Virus record (IMG/VR): IMGVR_UViG_3300037827_000189
Length of the DNA: 37,876 nucleotides
Strand: one strand, 5' to 3'
Origin: a virus
The position numbers and the translations under genes are program-made. Below the pieces are notes generated by a model. The model searched no databases. It was not told the DNA's origin and saw nothing but the letters and a program-made list of their open reading frames with translations. Shown here piece by piece: positions 14,371 to 24,236 of this stretch. Positions within the stretch are counted from its first letter, which is position 1. Every line of letters starts with the position of its first letter.

Positions 14371-15865
14371 TGTCTATGACTTAGTAGAGTTTGCACCGTC
14401 ATTTTTTAAAATAGCTGATAAGTCGGGTCAACTTACAGCATTTGAGTTCAACCGTGCTCAGAAATACGTACACGCAAAGCTTGAAGAACAGCTTGCAAGA
14501 CTTGGTTATGTGAGGGCAAATATATTAAAAGGCCGTCAACAGGGCATTAGTACGTACATTAGCGGGCGATACTTTCATAAGGCTCTTACCCTACCAGGAA
14601 CCCAAGCGTTCATTCTAACGCATATGGGAGACGCTACACGCAGCCTTTTTGCTATGACCAAAAGATTTAACCTGAACTTGCCCAAAGGATTGGCACCGAA
14701 GCCCGACAAAGATAATGAAAACCAGTTGCTATTTAACAAACTCAATTCTGGTTATCGCGTAGGAACTGCTGGAAGTAAAGAGATTGGTCGCTCAATGACA
14801 AACCAGCTCATGCACTTATCCGAGTATGCATTCTACGATAACCATATCGAGATTAAACGCGGAATTGAACAAACAGTAGCCGACATTGCCGGAACTGAAA
14901 AGATAAAGGAATCAACAGCCAACGGAATTGCAAACGCTTTTTACCTGGATTGGCAAGATGCAAAAGAAGGAAAGAGCGATTACATAAATATATTCGTGCC
15001 ATGGTATTGGCAAGATGAATATGCACGCAGTGCGGAGGGCATGACGCTCACCGATGAAGAAAAAGACTGGATGATGTTGTATGCCCAGGATGGACTTACA
15101 ACGCGTCATCTAGCATGGAGACGTAACAAGCTATCAGACTTTGACGGTGATTATAGCCAAAAGTGCAAAGGATTTAGCCAAGAATACCCCTTTACGGATG
15201 AAGAGGCGTTTTTAAATTCAATCACTGATACTTTTATCACCGTGGAACCTGTACAGCGAGCCAGGAAAGCTCAAGTTGAATCTGAATCAGCGTTGCTACT
15301 TGGTGTTGATCCAGCAAGAGGCGGAAGTGACAAGAGCGCAATTATAAGAAGACGTGGCCGAAAAGCATATAAATGCGAAACGTTCCAAGGATTGGACACA
15401 ATGCAACTTGTGGGCAAGATTAAACACATTATCGATACAGAAAGACCTCACAAAGTCTTTATCGATTGCATTGGAATAGGCGCGGGCGTTGTAGATAGAT
15501 TGCATGAGATGGGCTACGAGTGCGTTGTGGGTGTGAATGTGGCAAGAGCTGCTAACAATCCCGACCAATTCTTAAACCTACGTGCGGAACTTTGGTATGA
15601 GATGCGGGAATGGTTTAACCAAGACATGCCCGTACAGATACCAGATGATCCAGAAATGCAAAAAGAATTATGCGGGCTTGGCTATGACTACAATAGCTCT
15701 GGCCGTTTAGTAATTGAGAGTAAGAAGGATGCACGAAAGCGGGGCATGCATAGCCCAGATAAAGCCGATGCGTTAATGATTACGTTTGCTTATGGACAGC
15801 ATGCCGGAACCTCTTCTTATCAACCTAATTTTATACCGGAGCATACAGCAGGAAGATTGATTTAA
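14363..15865 (+). CDS. Terminase large subunit
   Basis: KGRQQGIST resembles the T4 gp17-type Walker A (SRQLGKT). GVDPARGGSDKSA matches the nuclease-domain motif. Size and position agree. Confidence 0.9.
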   Translation: MINVYDLVEFAPSFFKIADKSGQLTAFEFNRAQKYVHAKLEEQLARLGYVRANILKGRQQGISTYISGRYFHKALTLPGTQAFILTHMGDATRSLFAMTKRFNLNLPKGLAPKPDKDNENQLLFNKLNSGYRVGTAGSKEIGRSMTNQLMHLSEYAFYDNHIEIKRGIEQTVADIAGTEKIKESTANGIANAFYLDWQDAKEGKSDYINIFVPWYWQDEYARSAEGMTLTDEEKDWMMLYAQDGLTTRHLAWRRNKLSDFDGDYSQKCKGFSQEYPFTDEEAFLNSITDTFITVEPVQRARKAQVESESALLLGVDPARGGSDKSAIIRRRGRKAYKCETFQGLDTMQLVGKIKHIIDTERPHKVFIDCIGIGAGVVDRLHEMGYECVVGVNVARAANNPDQFLNLRAELWYEMREWFNQDMPVQIPDDPEMQKELCGLGYDYNSSGRLVIESKKDARKRGMHSPDKADALMITFAYGQHAGTSSYQPNFIPEHTAGRLI

Positions 15866-15892
15866 TACATACCTAACTAAAAGGATTTAGTG

Positions 15893-18226
15893 ATGGCCAA
15901 GAAAGCGGAAAAAATTGCGCATGAAGCGCGTTTAGCTTGTGAAAAGTGGCGTGAAGGTTTTAAGTGGAACATTGACCAATACCACGAGATGCATACCTTT
16001 GTCTTAGGCCAGCAATGGACGGATGAAGAAGAAGATGACATGATTAAGACGTTTCGTAAAGTGCCGATGGTTGCTAACAAACTTGGTGCTATGGCGAACT
16101 CTTTGCTTGGAGAGCAGCAACAAAATACCCCGCAGCTTCAAGTCGTTCCTATGACCAATTGCGATGAAAATACGGCTCATCTTCGAGAACTTATTGTCAA
16201 AGATATTATGTTCTCAACTGATGCAACGATTACGTACCAGGTAGCAGCCGGACAAGCAGCCATAGGAGGCTATAGCGCGTTCTATGTTGGAACTGATTAC
16301 ACGCACCAACGCTCATTTGACCTTGATATTTGCTACGGTCACTTTAAAGATGCAACACGAACCTACTTTGATATAAGTGCCGAGACTCCAAATAAAACAG
16401 ACGGGATGCATTGCGGATACATCACCCGTATGAGCCGAGAGAAGTTCCGCGAGATCTATGGGAAAGACTTAGAAGAAAAAATATCTAAAACTATGAGTCC
16501 AACTGCGAGCAAAGAAGAAATAGCACTGGCGGTTCAACCCTCCGAAGGTGAAGACCCATTCACCTGGGCAGACAATGAAGCAATAACCATCCTTGATCAC
16601 TTCAAGCGCAAATTTGAAAACGATACGCTTTATAAACTATCCAATGGTAAGACCTACAACCAAGAAGAACTAGACGAGCTCATTGAAAAATCACGCGAGA
16701 TGAATGCCAAGCTTGAACAAAACCGCGACGATTTAGATTTAACCGCTGCGATTGGTCAGCAAATGCCTGGTATGGATTTGATGCCCGATACCGGAATGAA
16801 CGACGTTCGTGCCAATAATTACGGAATGAACGACGTTCAATCCGATAATGAAGCCCAAGGCATAGCCAGCATGGGCGACTCTAATGCCGAAGAAGTCGAA
16901 GAGATTCCCATCGAGGAAGATTACGACATGATAACGCTTTGGGATGATGGCGAGCCAGTACGCATTGAAGACAAACGAAAATTCAAGTCATACAAGATAT
17001 GGCATTACAAAATTGCCGGTGATTACATCCTTGAAGATGGTGAATTCCCAGCCGAACAATTGCCCGTTATATTCATGGATCAAAACAGTTTCTATGACAA
17101 AAACGGCAAGCAGATATGCCGTAGCTTCTTTGGTGATTGTCGAGACACACAGCGTTATATCAACTACATTCGAACTCAATCAGCATTTATCCTCAAGATA
17201 TCCCGTTATGACCAATTCATAGGCAGCAAGAAGAACGTACAAGGCTTAGATACCCAAAGAAATTGGCGTGATCCAAATGCCGTTCAGGGATTACTTGCTT
17301 ACGATGAAAGCCCAAGCGGTGCTAAACCTGAACAATTAAGACCGCCTGAGTTATCAGCCTCTTTGCTTCAACAATACGAAATCGCAATACAAGATTTGTA
17401 CTTAGCTACTGGTCTTTATCCTACGCAACTCGGCCAACAAGGTAACGAAGTCTCAGGCAGTGCAATCGATGCGCGAACTCGTCAAGGCTCTTACTCCACT
17501 TATTGTTTCTTCAATTCCGTAAACCGAGCTATCACCACTGGCGGATCAGTGGTCAATGAAATGATTCCCCGAGTGTATGACTCCGAGCGCGTTATTACCT
17601 TGATGATGCCCGATGAAGGTATGAAGAACATCACAGTTAATAAACAAATGGATGACTACGGTGAACTTATTGAAAACGACATTCGCAAGGGAACTTATGA
17701 AGTACGCCTTAAAGCTGGTCCTAGTTTTGAAGGCCAAAAGGAACAGGCATTACAGTCATTACGAGAAGTATTACAAGCAGACCCAGAAACTTTCAAACTG
17801 GTTGCTGATTTATTCGCTGACAACCTACCGCTATCCAATAACCTTGAGATTAAAAACCGCCTTAAAACGATTGTTCCGCCTGAAATAATTGAAGCAGGAA
17901 AAACCGGCAAGATGCCGCACGAATCAGGCCAGCCAACACCCGAACAGCAAATGATGCAACAACAAATGATGATGCAAGAGCAACAAATGCAGATGCAGCA
18001 AAAAGAAATTCAACTCAAAGAGGAGGAAATAAGACTTAAACAACAAAAAATCATAATGGATGCACAAGTGGCAATCCAAAAGCTAGAGACAGAAAAACTA
18101 CAGGTTGCGGGAAGTATTCAAGAGCAGGAGCTACGGTACTTAGCCGAAACGCAACGTACACAAAGTGACGAGTCAATCGCTCACGCTGATAACTTGGTGA
18201 GGATTTTGACGCATAAAATTCAATAA
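15893..18226 (+). CDS. Portal protein with a Gln/Met-rich C-terminal coiled coil
   Basis: At about 777 aa it lies directly after TerL. The long helical C-terminus recalls the P22 portal barrel. The ATG at 15893 follows AAAGGA; the track starts at the GTG at 15890. Confidence 0.85.
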   Translation: MAKKAEKIAHEARLACEKWREGFKWNIDQYHEMHTFVLGQQWTDEEEDDMIKTFRKVPMVANKLGAMANSLLGEQQQNTPQLQVVPMTNCDENTAHLRELIVKDIMFSTDATITYQVAAGQAAIGGYSAFYVGTDYTHQRSFDLDICYGHFKDATRTYFDISAETPNKTDGMHCGYITRMSREKFREIYGKDLEEKISKTMSPTASKEEIALAVQPSEGEDPFTWADNEAITILDHFKRKFENDTLYKLSNGKTYNQEELDELIEKSREMNAKLEQNRDDLDLTAAIGQQMPGMDLMPDTGMNDVRANNYGMNDVQSDNEAQGIASMGDSNAEEVEEIPIEEDYDMITLWDDGEPVRIEDKRKFKSYKIWHYKIAGDYILEDGEFPAEQLPVIFMDQNSFYDKNGKQICRSFFGDCRDTQRYINYIRTQSAFILKISRYDQFIGSKKNVQGLDTQRNWRDPNAVQGLLAYDESPSGAKPEQLRPPELSASLLQQYEIAIQDLYLATGLYPTQLGQQGNEVSGSAIDARTRQGSYSTYCFFNSVNRAITTGGSVVNEMIPRVYDSERVITLMMPDEGMKNITVNKQMDDYGELIENDIRKGTYEVRLKAGPSFEGQKEQALQSLREVLQADPETFKLVADLFADNLPLSNNLEIKNRLKTIVPPEIIEAGKTGKMPHESGQPTPEQQMMQQQMMMQEQQMQMQQKEIQLKEEEIRLKQQKIIMDAQVAIQKLETEKLQVAGSIQEQELRYLAETQRTQSDESIAHADNLVRILTHKIQ

Positions 18227-18266
18227 GTAGACGTTTAGTAGACGTTCAGTAGACGTTTAGTAGACA
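18227..18266. repeat. Tandem 11-bp repeat GTAGACGTT(T/C)A, about 3.6 copies
   Basis: Read directly. It starts at the first base after the portal stop and ends 17 nt before the scaffold ATG. Confidence 0.95.
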
Positions 18267-18283
18267 AATGACAGGGAGATGTT

Positions 18284-19192
18284 ATGGCTACAGAAGTGAG
18301 CAATATTGATGATTTATTGATGGGGGGTAATTCACCTTCGATACCAGCGACACCAGAAAGCCGATATGAAGAGCAAGAAGAAACGCCCGATACTTCATAC
18401 GGTGATATTGAGTCGCCAAATTCGGATGAATCACATGACGATCACACGAGCAAACCAGAAGAACTGGAGAGTTCAGAAGAATCGCCAGAAGATAATCACA
18501 AGAAGGAAGATGATTATGACGATTACGGAAATACTAAAACGCCTCCTAGAACGTATACGGAAGAAGAAGTTAACGAGATGTTTAGAAAGAGAAATAAAAA
18601 TAAACCTCTTGAAGAGCAAGAATATTTAAAACAGCAAATGAATTTACCTCAAGTAGCTAAAGACTTTGAGTACAATCCTGATTCCGAAGAGAATTGGGAA
18701 AGCCAATTAGAGAAATTTGTGGAAAAGACTGTTTCTAAACTCGGTCAAAAGCAAGCCCAGCAACAGCAACAAGCCCGTGATGAGCAAGTACAAGCTGAAT
18801 TTGAAGATAAATTTAATCGTGGTATGAACCGATTTAGTGATTTTAGAGATGTTGTGGGTTCGCAGCCTGTCACAGACCCCATGACCTATGCATTGCGTGG
18901 ACTTCCAGACCCCGCAGCATTCATTTATGCAGCGAGTAAGCGTCATCCGCAAGAATTGTCACGAATATCACAAATACAAGACCCCGCAGCACAAATCATG
19001 GAAATGGGCAGACTTGAAGAACGTATGAGAAAAGCCGCTCCAGGTACCAAAGCACCTAGACCAATAAGCAAAAGTCGTGAAGATAGTAGTTTGCCGGTTA
19101 AAGGTAAGAAGACTGAACCTTCAATTGAAGATTTGATTGCCAAAGCTGATGCGAAACGTAAACAACAACTTAACCAGAAGAGAGGTAGATAA
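18284..19192 (+). CDS. Scaffolding protein (by position)
   Basis: It lies between portal and capsid. It has a highly acidic N-terminus, a helical middle and a basic C-terminus. Confidence 0.65.
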   Translation: MATEVSNIDDLLMGGNSPSIPATPESRYEEQEETPDTSYGDIESPNSDESHDDHTSKPEELESSEESPEDNHKKEDDYDDYGNTKTPPRTYTEEEVNEMFRKRNKNKPLEEQEYLKQQMNLPQVAKDFEYNPDSEENWESQLEKFVEKTVSKLGQKQAQQQQQARDEQVQAEFEDKFNRGMNRFSDFRDVVGSQPVTDPMTYALRGLPDPAAFIYAASKRHPQELSRISQIQDPAAQIMEMGRLEERMRKAAPGTKAPRPISKSREDSSLPVKGKKTEPSIEDLIAKADAKRKQQLNQKRGR

Positions 19193-19392
19193 TGTTAAAC
19201 TGTAGAGAAAGTTCACAAGAAGTTCCTTATATGAATCACATGCATAAAGAATATGAGGAAAGATGCAAAAGAGATATTCAGCAAGATTTGAAAAGCGGAA
19301 TTGATTTGCTTTTTGACTTCAAAAAACAGCTTTCAAAATTACATCCTGGCGCATCTGAATCATTGTTACGAATGGTTAGAGACGGGTTTTAG
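19192..19392 (+). CDS. Hypothetical protein (66 aa)
   Basis: ORF track; the start overlaps the scaffold stop. Confidence 0.55.
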   Translation: MLNCRESSQEVPYMNHMHKEYEERCKRDIQQDLKSGIDLLFDFKKQLSKLHPGASESLLRMVRDGF

Positions 19393-19397
19393 TTGAT

Positions 19398-19426
19398 TTG
19401 ACAGATAGTTACTCACGTTCTAAGAT
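19398..19426 (+). promoter_or_regulatory. Sigma70-like promoter upstream of the capsid gene
   Basis: TTGACA, a 17-nt spacer, then TAAGAT. A 5' leader of about 150 nt follows. Confidence 0.5.
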
Positions 19427-19583
19427 GTTTTTAATCGCAGTACAGACGTGTATCGGCCATCCGTCAGCCAAGTTTTAAAAGTAGTGGCGTGTATCAAGTC
19501 TTCCGCCGGGCAAATGAAGTTAGGAACTTAAGCATGATGCTTGAGTAATTAATAAACATTTGTTCGGTCAGGGAGATAGAACA

Positions 19584-20831
19584 ATGCCAAATATTTTTCG
19601 CGAAACCCAGTACGTTCTGGATGACGTTTTTGTACGTTTCTGGAACTCACTAGCCTTTGCTAGAACTGCCAATAGAAACCTTGAAGGTGACTTCAAAAAC
19701 CTACGCTTTGCCACTGGTCAAACCATTGATTACCGCTTAGAGGAAAGATATCTAGCTGGTGAAGGTGCGACAGCTACAGCGGAAGCTCGTGTTCAGGTAA
19801 TCAGACCGCTAACCATCTCTAAACAATTCCGTACCATGATTGAGTATACAGGGTTTAACTTGACCTTCGATCGTGCAAGGGATGAGCCGTACTTAGAAAT
19901 GGCTAACGCCCCACGTGCTAAACGTTTGGGTAACTTGGTTGAGAACTTCATTGCTGATACCTTCCAAACTCAAGTCTATCAATCGGTTGGTACGCCTGGT
20001 GTTCCTGTAGACTTTAACACCATTCTAAGTGCTGATGCATTAATGACTCAGCTTGGTATACCCGAAGACGGTAAGCGTTATGCTGCTGTTCCCCCTCGCG
20101 TGTCTGCTAATCTTAACAATGATTTATATAACGTATTCAACAACACCGTTAACACTGGTGCTCTGATAGACGGATTTATAGGTCATTTGTCAGGCTTTGA
20201 CTTCTTCAAGACTAACTTCTTGCGTCGTCAAATCGCGGGTGCTGGTCAGTTAGGTGGTACTCCTCCTGCTGGAATGTTGCTTGCGGGTACCGTAACTAAT
20301 GGGCCAATAGTTGGCGGAAATACCATTTCTGTAACTGGATTGGGTCAAGCCCCTGGAACAGTAGTATTTAACGTGGGTGACGTAATTCAAGTAGCTCCTG
20401 CTGCTGGTGTCTACATGGTTAATCCATTGACCTATGAACCCATCTATGAAGCTCCTGCGCAATTTGTGGTTACTGCTCAGGTTATTTCTGCTGATGGTTC
20501 TACTGCTGATATCCCAGTTAATCCAACAATCGTCATTGACGGTGCGCGACAAAACATCAGTGCTGCTATTCCTAACGGTGCTCAGATGTTGCTTTACGCA
20601 TCACATAACGTGTCATTGGCTTATCACACTCAAGCCGTGGTCTTTGCTGCACTTCCTATCAAAGAACTTCGCGGTGGTGTTGAAGCAGTGACTCGATACT
20701 CCGACCTGTACAAACTTTCTATGACCTACTCATTGGGTGCGGACATCAGAAACTATGAACAGCTCGATCGTATTGACGTTATATGCGGGGTCGCAATTAA
20801 CCCTGAATTCGCAGTGATGATTATGTCCTAA
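19584..20831 (+). CDS. Major capsid protein (P22-coat-like by size and context)
   Basis: The ATG at 19584 follows GGGAGA. At 415 aa it lies after the scaffold gene and is bracketed by its own promoter and a strong terminator. Confidence 0.8.
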   Translation: MPNIFRETQYVLDDVFVRFWNSLAFARTANRNLEGDFKNLRFATGQTIDYRLEERYLAGEGATATAEARVQVIRPLTISKQFRTMIEYTGFNLTFDRARDEPYLEMANAPRAKRLGNLVENFIADTFQTQVYQSVGTPGVPVDFNTILSADALMTQLGIPEDGKRYAAVPPRVSANLNNDLYNVFNNTVNTGALIDGFIGHLSGFDFFKTNFLRRQIAGAGQLGGTPPAGMLLAGTVTNGPIVGGNTISVTGLGQAPGTVVFNVGDVIQVAPAAGVYMVNPLTYEPIYEAPAQFVVTAQVISADGSTADIPVNPTIVIDGARQNISAAIPNGAQMLLYASHNVSLAYHTQAVVFAALPIKELRGGVEAVTRYSDLYKLSMTYSLGADIRNYEQLDRIDVICGVAINPEFAVMIMS

Positions 20832-20837
20832 GTCCAT

Positions 20838-20890
20838 AGCCCTACGACACAGCATGCTTTTTTGGGGTTGTGTCGTAGGGCTGTTATTTA
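20838..20890 (+). terminator. Rho-independent terminator or attenuator after the capsid gene
   Basis: A 14-bp perfect stem, AGCCCTACGACACA / TGTGTCGTAGGGCT, is followed by GTTATTT. Confidence 0.7.
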
Positions 20891-20903
20891 ACAGGGTTTA
20901 GTG

Positions 20904-21203
20904 ATGCAAGAACACCAACACGAAGAATTAGTACCTTACCTTGGCAAAAAAGTACCACGAAGAGGTTTTAGAGCGTTTATCTACGCACGAGATGGTCGTG
21001 AAAAGATTGCTGAATCATATGATGAATTCGATTTATTTACTCACAGTGACGATTGGTTTGCTACCAAAGAAGAAGCACAAGCACCTAAAAGAACAGTGAG
21101 ACGCAATCCTGTTAAGCCAAAAGTTGAAAGCGGATTAATTGAGCCAAAAGCAGTTAATGGATTAATTGAAGAGGATTTTTTACCTAACGACACAGGTGAT
21201 TAA
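20904..21203 (+). CDS. Hypothetical virion-module protein (99 aa)
   Basis: ORF track (GTG at 20901, ATG at 20904). Confidence 0.6.
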   Translation: MQEHQHEELVPYLGKKVPRRGFRAFIYARDGREKIAESYDEFDLFTHSDDWFATKEEAQAPKRTVRRNPVKPKVESGLIEPKAVNGLIEEDFLPNDTGD

Positions 21204-22144
21204 TGGCTTATACATTCCGAGACTATGCATTTCAAGTCTATCGATTGATAAGTGCATCCAATCCAACAACCCCGCTTCATGGTGGTGATGAAAATCTCTG
21301 TTTACAGGTTTTAAATCAGCTTATGCAATCTTATGCGGGTAATGGCCAGATGCTTACAATCGCTAAGACCTTGACTTGTCCTATAAATATCGGAATCAAT
21401 ACCGTTCGTTTTGTAGATAACAATTATCCTACCGATACAATTATGCGTGAGTTGGTGACGCTTACTATGGCCTCACCATCTTTTAGCGTTGCGGATGGAA
21501 CTTTGTATAACCCTGGAGAGCAAGTTACAGGAAACGGAATCCCCGCTTTAAGCGTCATTGATTCAATTGATGGTAACTTAGTCACGCTTAACAATCCTGC
21601 AACAATTTCAGGGCCTTCAACGCTTCAATTTATCCAACCCATAGTAATTCCAGGAATTGTATTTATTAAACAAGGACGGCTTGCGAACTTAGATAATGCC
21701 TGGTTAGTTCTTTCGGGTGTTACCTATCCCTTAATTGACAAATCACGAGATGACTTTTTAGCGGCCTGGAAATATGAACCCCTTCAAGGATTGCCACGTT
21801 TTGCGATCACATTTCCTGATACGGAGTTTGTTGATATTCGGCTTTATCCAGCTCCTAGCCAGTTCTTTGAATTCTTTTGCAGGGGTAAGTTTCAATTATC
21901 GGCATATACAAAAGATTCCGACATGTCGAATCTACCTCAATATTTCATACGATTTTTGCTCTTCGCGGGTGCGCGTGACGTTTGCATGTACAAAGGACGA
22001 GCCGAAGCCTGGACACCCAAACTAGAACAAATGTACATGGAAGCTTATGACATTATGATATCAACTAGTGAGGTGAATCTTTCCATTACTGGTGATGAAC
22101 AATCCCTCTTAAATGGCGCATGGCGTGTCAGGGCAGGGATATAA
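21203..22144 (+). CDS. Virion structural protein (adaptor / tail-tubular-A position)
   Basis: The call rests only on synteny with the podovirus order portal-scaffold-capsid-tubular A-tubular B. Confidence 0.6.
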   Translation: MAYTFRDYAFQVYRLISASNPTTPLHGGDENLCLQVLNQLMQSYAGNGQMLTIAKTLTCPINIGINTVRFVDNNYPTDTIMRELVTLTMASPSFSVADGTLYNPGEQVTGNGIPALSVIDSIDGNLVTLNNPATISGPSTLQFIQPIVIPGIVFIKQGRLANLDNAWLVLSGVTYPLIDKSRDDFLAAWKYEPLQGLPRFAITFPDTEFVDIRLYPAPSQFFEFFCRGKFQLSAYTKDSDMSNLPQYFIRFLLFAGARDVCMYKGRAEAWTPKLEQMYMEAYDIMISTSEVNLSITGDEQSLLNGAWRVRAGI

Positions 22145-23928
22145 TGCCAATCACATCTTTGCCTATATTCTGCTATTACGATGTTCAGCGATTCACTCAA
22201 TTTGGCTCTATGGATTGTGCGAATTGGTACGGCATTCAAGTTGAAGCAGCAAAGAAGCAACAAGCTTTATACCCTGCTATGGGTCGCAAGCATGTTAATT
22301 TTTTAAATGAAAACCGCCTTATTTATAACACTGAACCACGAGATGAATTTAGAACAATTGATTATCTTTATGTCATTGAAGGAACGCAGGTCATTGCTTA
22401 TGACAGTGCATTTAATCCGCAATTTCTAGGGAATATTGGATTAACAGGCGAGCTATGGTTTGCCTATTTACCCGTTGGAAATGCAGTTTATGCATTACTT
22501 ACGAATGGCACCAACATTTATATTATTACTGAATTAGGTACCTCGGTCACAATGACTGTATGTACCGATACGAATGCACCTACAAAACCTCAGTATGTCG
22601 CAGCTTTCGGAAGCCGATTTGTAATCAATCAAATGGGTACTAACGTCAACTATCTTACGCAAATTAACCTGGGTGGCTCTCCTCCGGTTGATCCAAGTAA
22701 GATTTTTACTATCCCCGATGGAGGTTCTGGATTCGCCCTGTTTTTCAGTTCCTCTGGGATTGTAAGGTCTTATGCGGTTTTACACACTCAATTATACATT
22801 TTTACCGACTTTACGACTGATATTTGGGCTAATATTGCAACTCAAATTACCGTGGCTGGTGTTACGCGTGAATTTCCGTGGAAAATTAATACGTCTTATA
22901 ACTGGGATTATGGGATTGCCGACCCTTTAAGCTTATCGGTGGATTTTGGTCGCATGGTGTGGCTCGGTAAAAATACAAGTGGGCTTGTAACTTTTATGGC
23001 TTCTGATGGTGGACAGCCAGTTCCTATATCAACGCAAGCGGTTAACGTATTGCTTGAAAATGCTTCGAATGATGACGATGGATTAAGCCCATTCTTGCGT
23101 GCAACTACAGACGGGTTCCTATATCAATACGAAAATACGATTTTCTATCGGGTTTCAGCCGGTGTTTATGATAATACGGAATTACTAGACCCCACGACCT
23201 TTGCAAACTCTTTGGAATATAACTTTGAAACCAAGACTTGGGGTCGAGTTATTGAACTTAACGGTAGCAGGTGCCGCATTCAAAAACATGTTTATTTTAC
23301 CAATCGACATTTGGTGATCGTTCAAGGCGACCCAGCTATTTACGAAATGGCCGGTAACATTTACTATAACGAGCTACGGAACACTGCACAGCCAAACATA
23401 CAAGCAGCGGACGCTTTTCTAAAATTCCCCATGCGTTATGAATTGGTGACACAGCAAATTTATAATGAAGACTACTCGGAATTTATAGATGATTATGTCG
23501 AGATTGACTTTGTATTTGGTGATAAAACGTTTTATAAGAACAATGCACCGTTTATTAACACCACATTTATCATTGACGAGATGGATAATGGACAAGTACC
23601 CCCACGTCCAATCTATATGGTTACAGAAGACGAATCACAGTTCATTATTGCAGAAGGTGGCAACACACCTACATTTGATGATAATCACTATAATGCCTTA
23701 TTTAAGCCTCATATTGAATTATATTACTCTGATGATGGCGGGGTATCTTTCCTTACCGCTGATTTACGCGAATTTAGTCAATTAGGTCAATACCGCTGGC
23801 GTATGCGTTGGTATGAGTTAGCAATAAGCCGAAATCGCTGCTATAAGCTCGTTTGTGTAAGTTCCGCACCTATAGTTATACTAGGAGCAGTACGCAATAC
23901 AAGGCGTGCTAGCGGAGGGGCTAACTAA
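22144..23928 (+). CDS. Virion structural protein (tail-tubular-B / nozzle position)
   Basis: The ATG at 22144 overlaps the upstream stop as TAATG. It is 594 aa. The call rests only on synteny. Confidence 0.6.
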   Translation: MPITSLPIFCYYDVQRFTQFGSMDCANWYGIQVEAAKKQQALYPAMGRKHVNFLNENRLIYNTEPRDEFRTIDYLYVIEGTQVIAYDSAFNPQFLGNIGLTGELWFAYLPVGNAVYALLTNGTNIYIITELGTSVTMTVCTDTNAPTKPQYVAAFGSRFVINQMGTNVNYLTQINLGGSPPVDPSKIFTIPDGGSGFALFFSSSGIVRSYAVLHTQLYIFTDFTTDIWANIATQITVAGVTREFPWKINTSYNWDYGIADPLSLSVDFGRMVWLGKNTSGLVTFMASDGGQPVPISTQAVNVLLENASNDDDGLSPFLRATTDGFLYQYENTIFYRVSAGVYDNTELLDPTTFANSLEYNFETKTWGRVIELNGSRCRIQKHVYFTNRHLVIVQGDPAIYEMAGNIYYNELRNTAQPNIQAADAFLKFPMRYELVTQQIYNEDYSEFIDDYVEIDFVFGDKTFYKNNAPFINTTFIIDEMDNGQVPPRPIYMVTEDESQFIIAEGGNTPTFDDNHYNALFKPHIELYYSDDGGVSFLTADLREFSQLGQYRWRMRWYELAISRNRCYKLVCVSSAPIVILGAVRNTRRASGGAN

Positions 23929-24227
23929 TGACTATATTTTTAGACCGTATTGACGCATCCCCCATCCTAAGTGATGTCTTTGAACCTCCTTTTGCAAGCT
24001 GGCTTGCTGTTTTAGTAAACGTATTGAATGAAAATATCCAAGACATCCAAGGTTTTTTTAATTTACTACAGGCTCAAAGTTATACTGCGACTCAAATTAC
24101 TGCAATGAATACAGCCTCACCAAGCTTATTAAACAATGGAGTTTTGTTATATGACTCTACCAATAACGTTTACGTAGGAAAAATAAGTGGGTCATTAGTC
24201 AAGTTCACTACGACCTCATACCCATAA
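23928..24227 (+). CDS. Hypothetical virion protein (99 aa)
   Basis: ORF track; the start overlaps the upstream stop. Confidence 0.65.
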   Translation: MTIFLDRIDASPILSDVFEPPFASWLAVLVNVLNENIQDIQGFFNLLQAQSYTATQITAMNTASPSLLNNGVLLYDSTNNVYVGKISGSLVKFTTTSYP

Positions 24228-24236
24228 GGAGATGTT

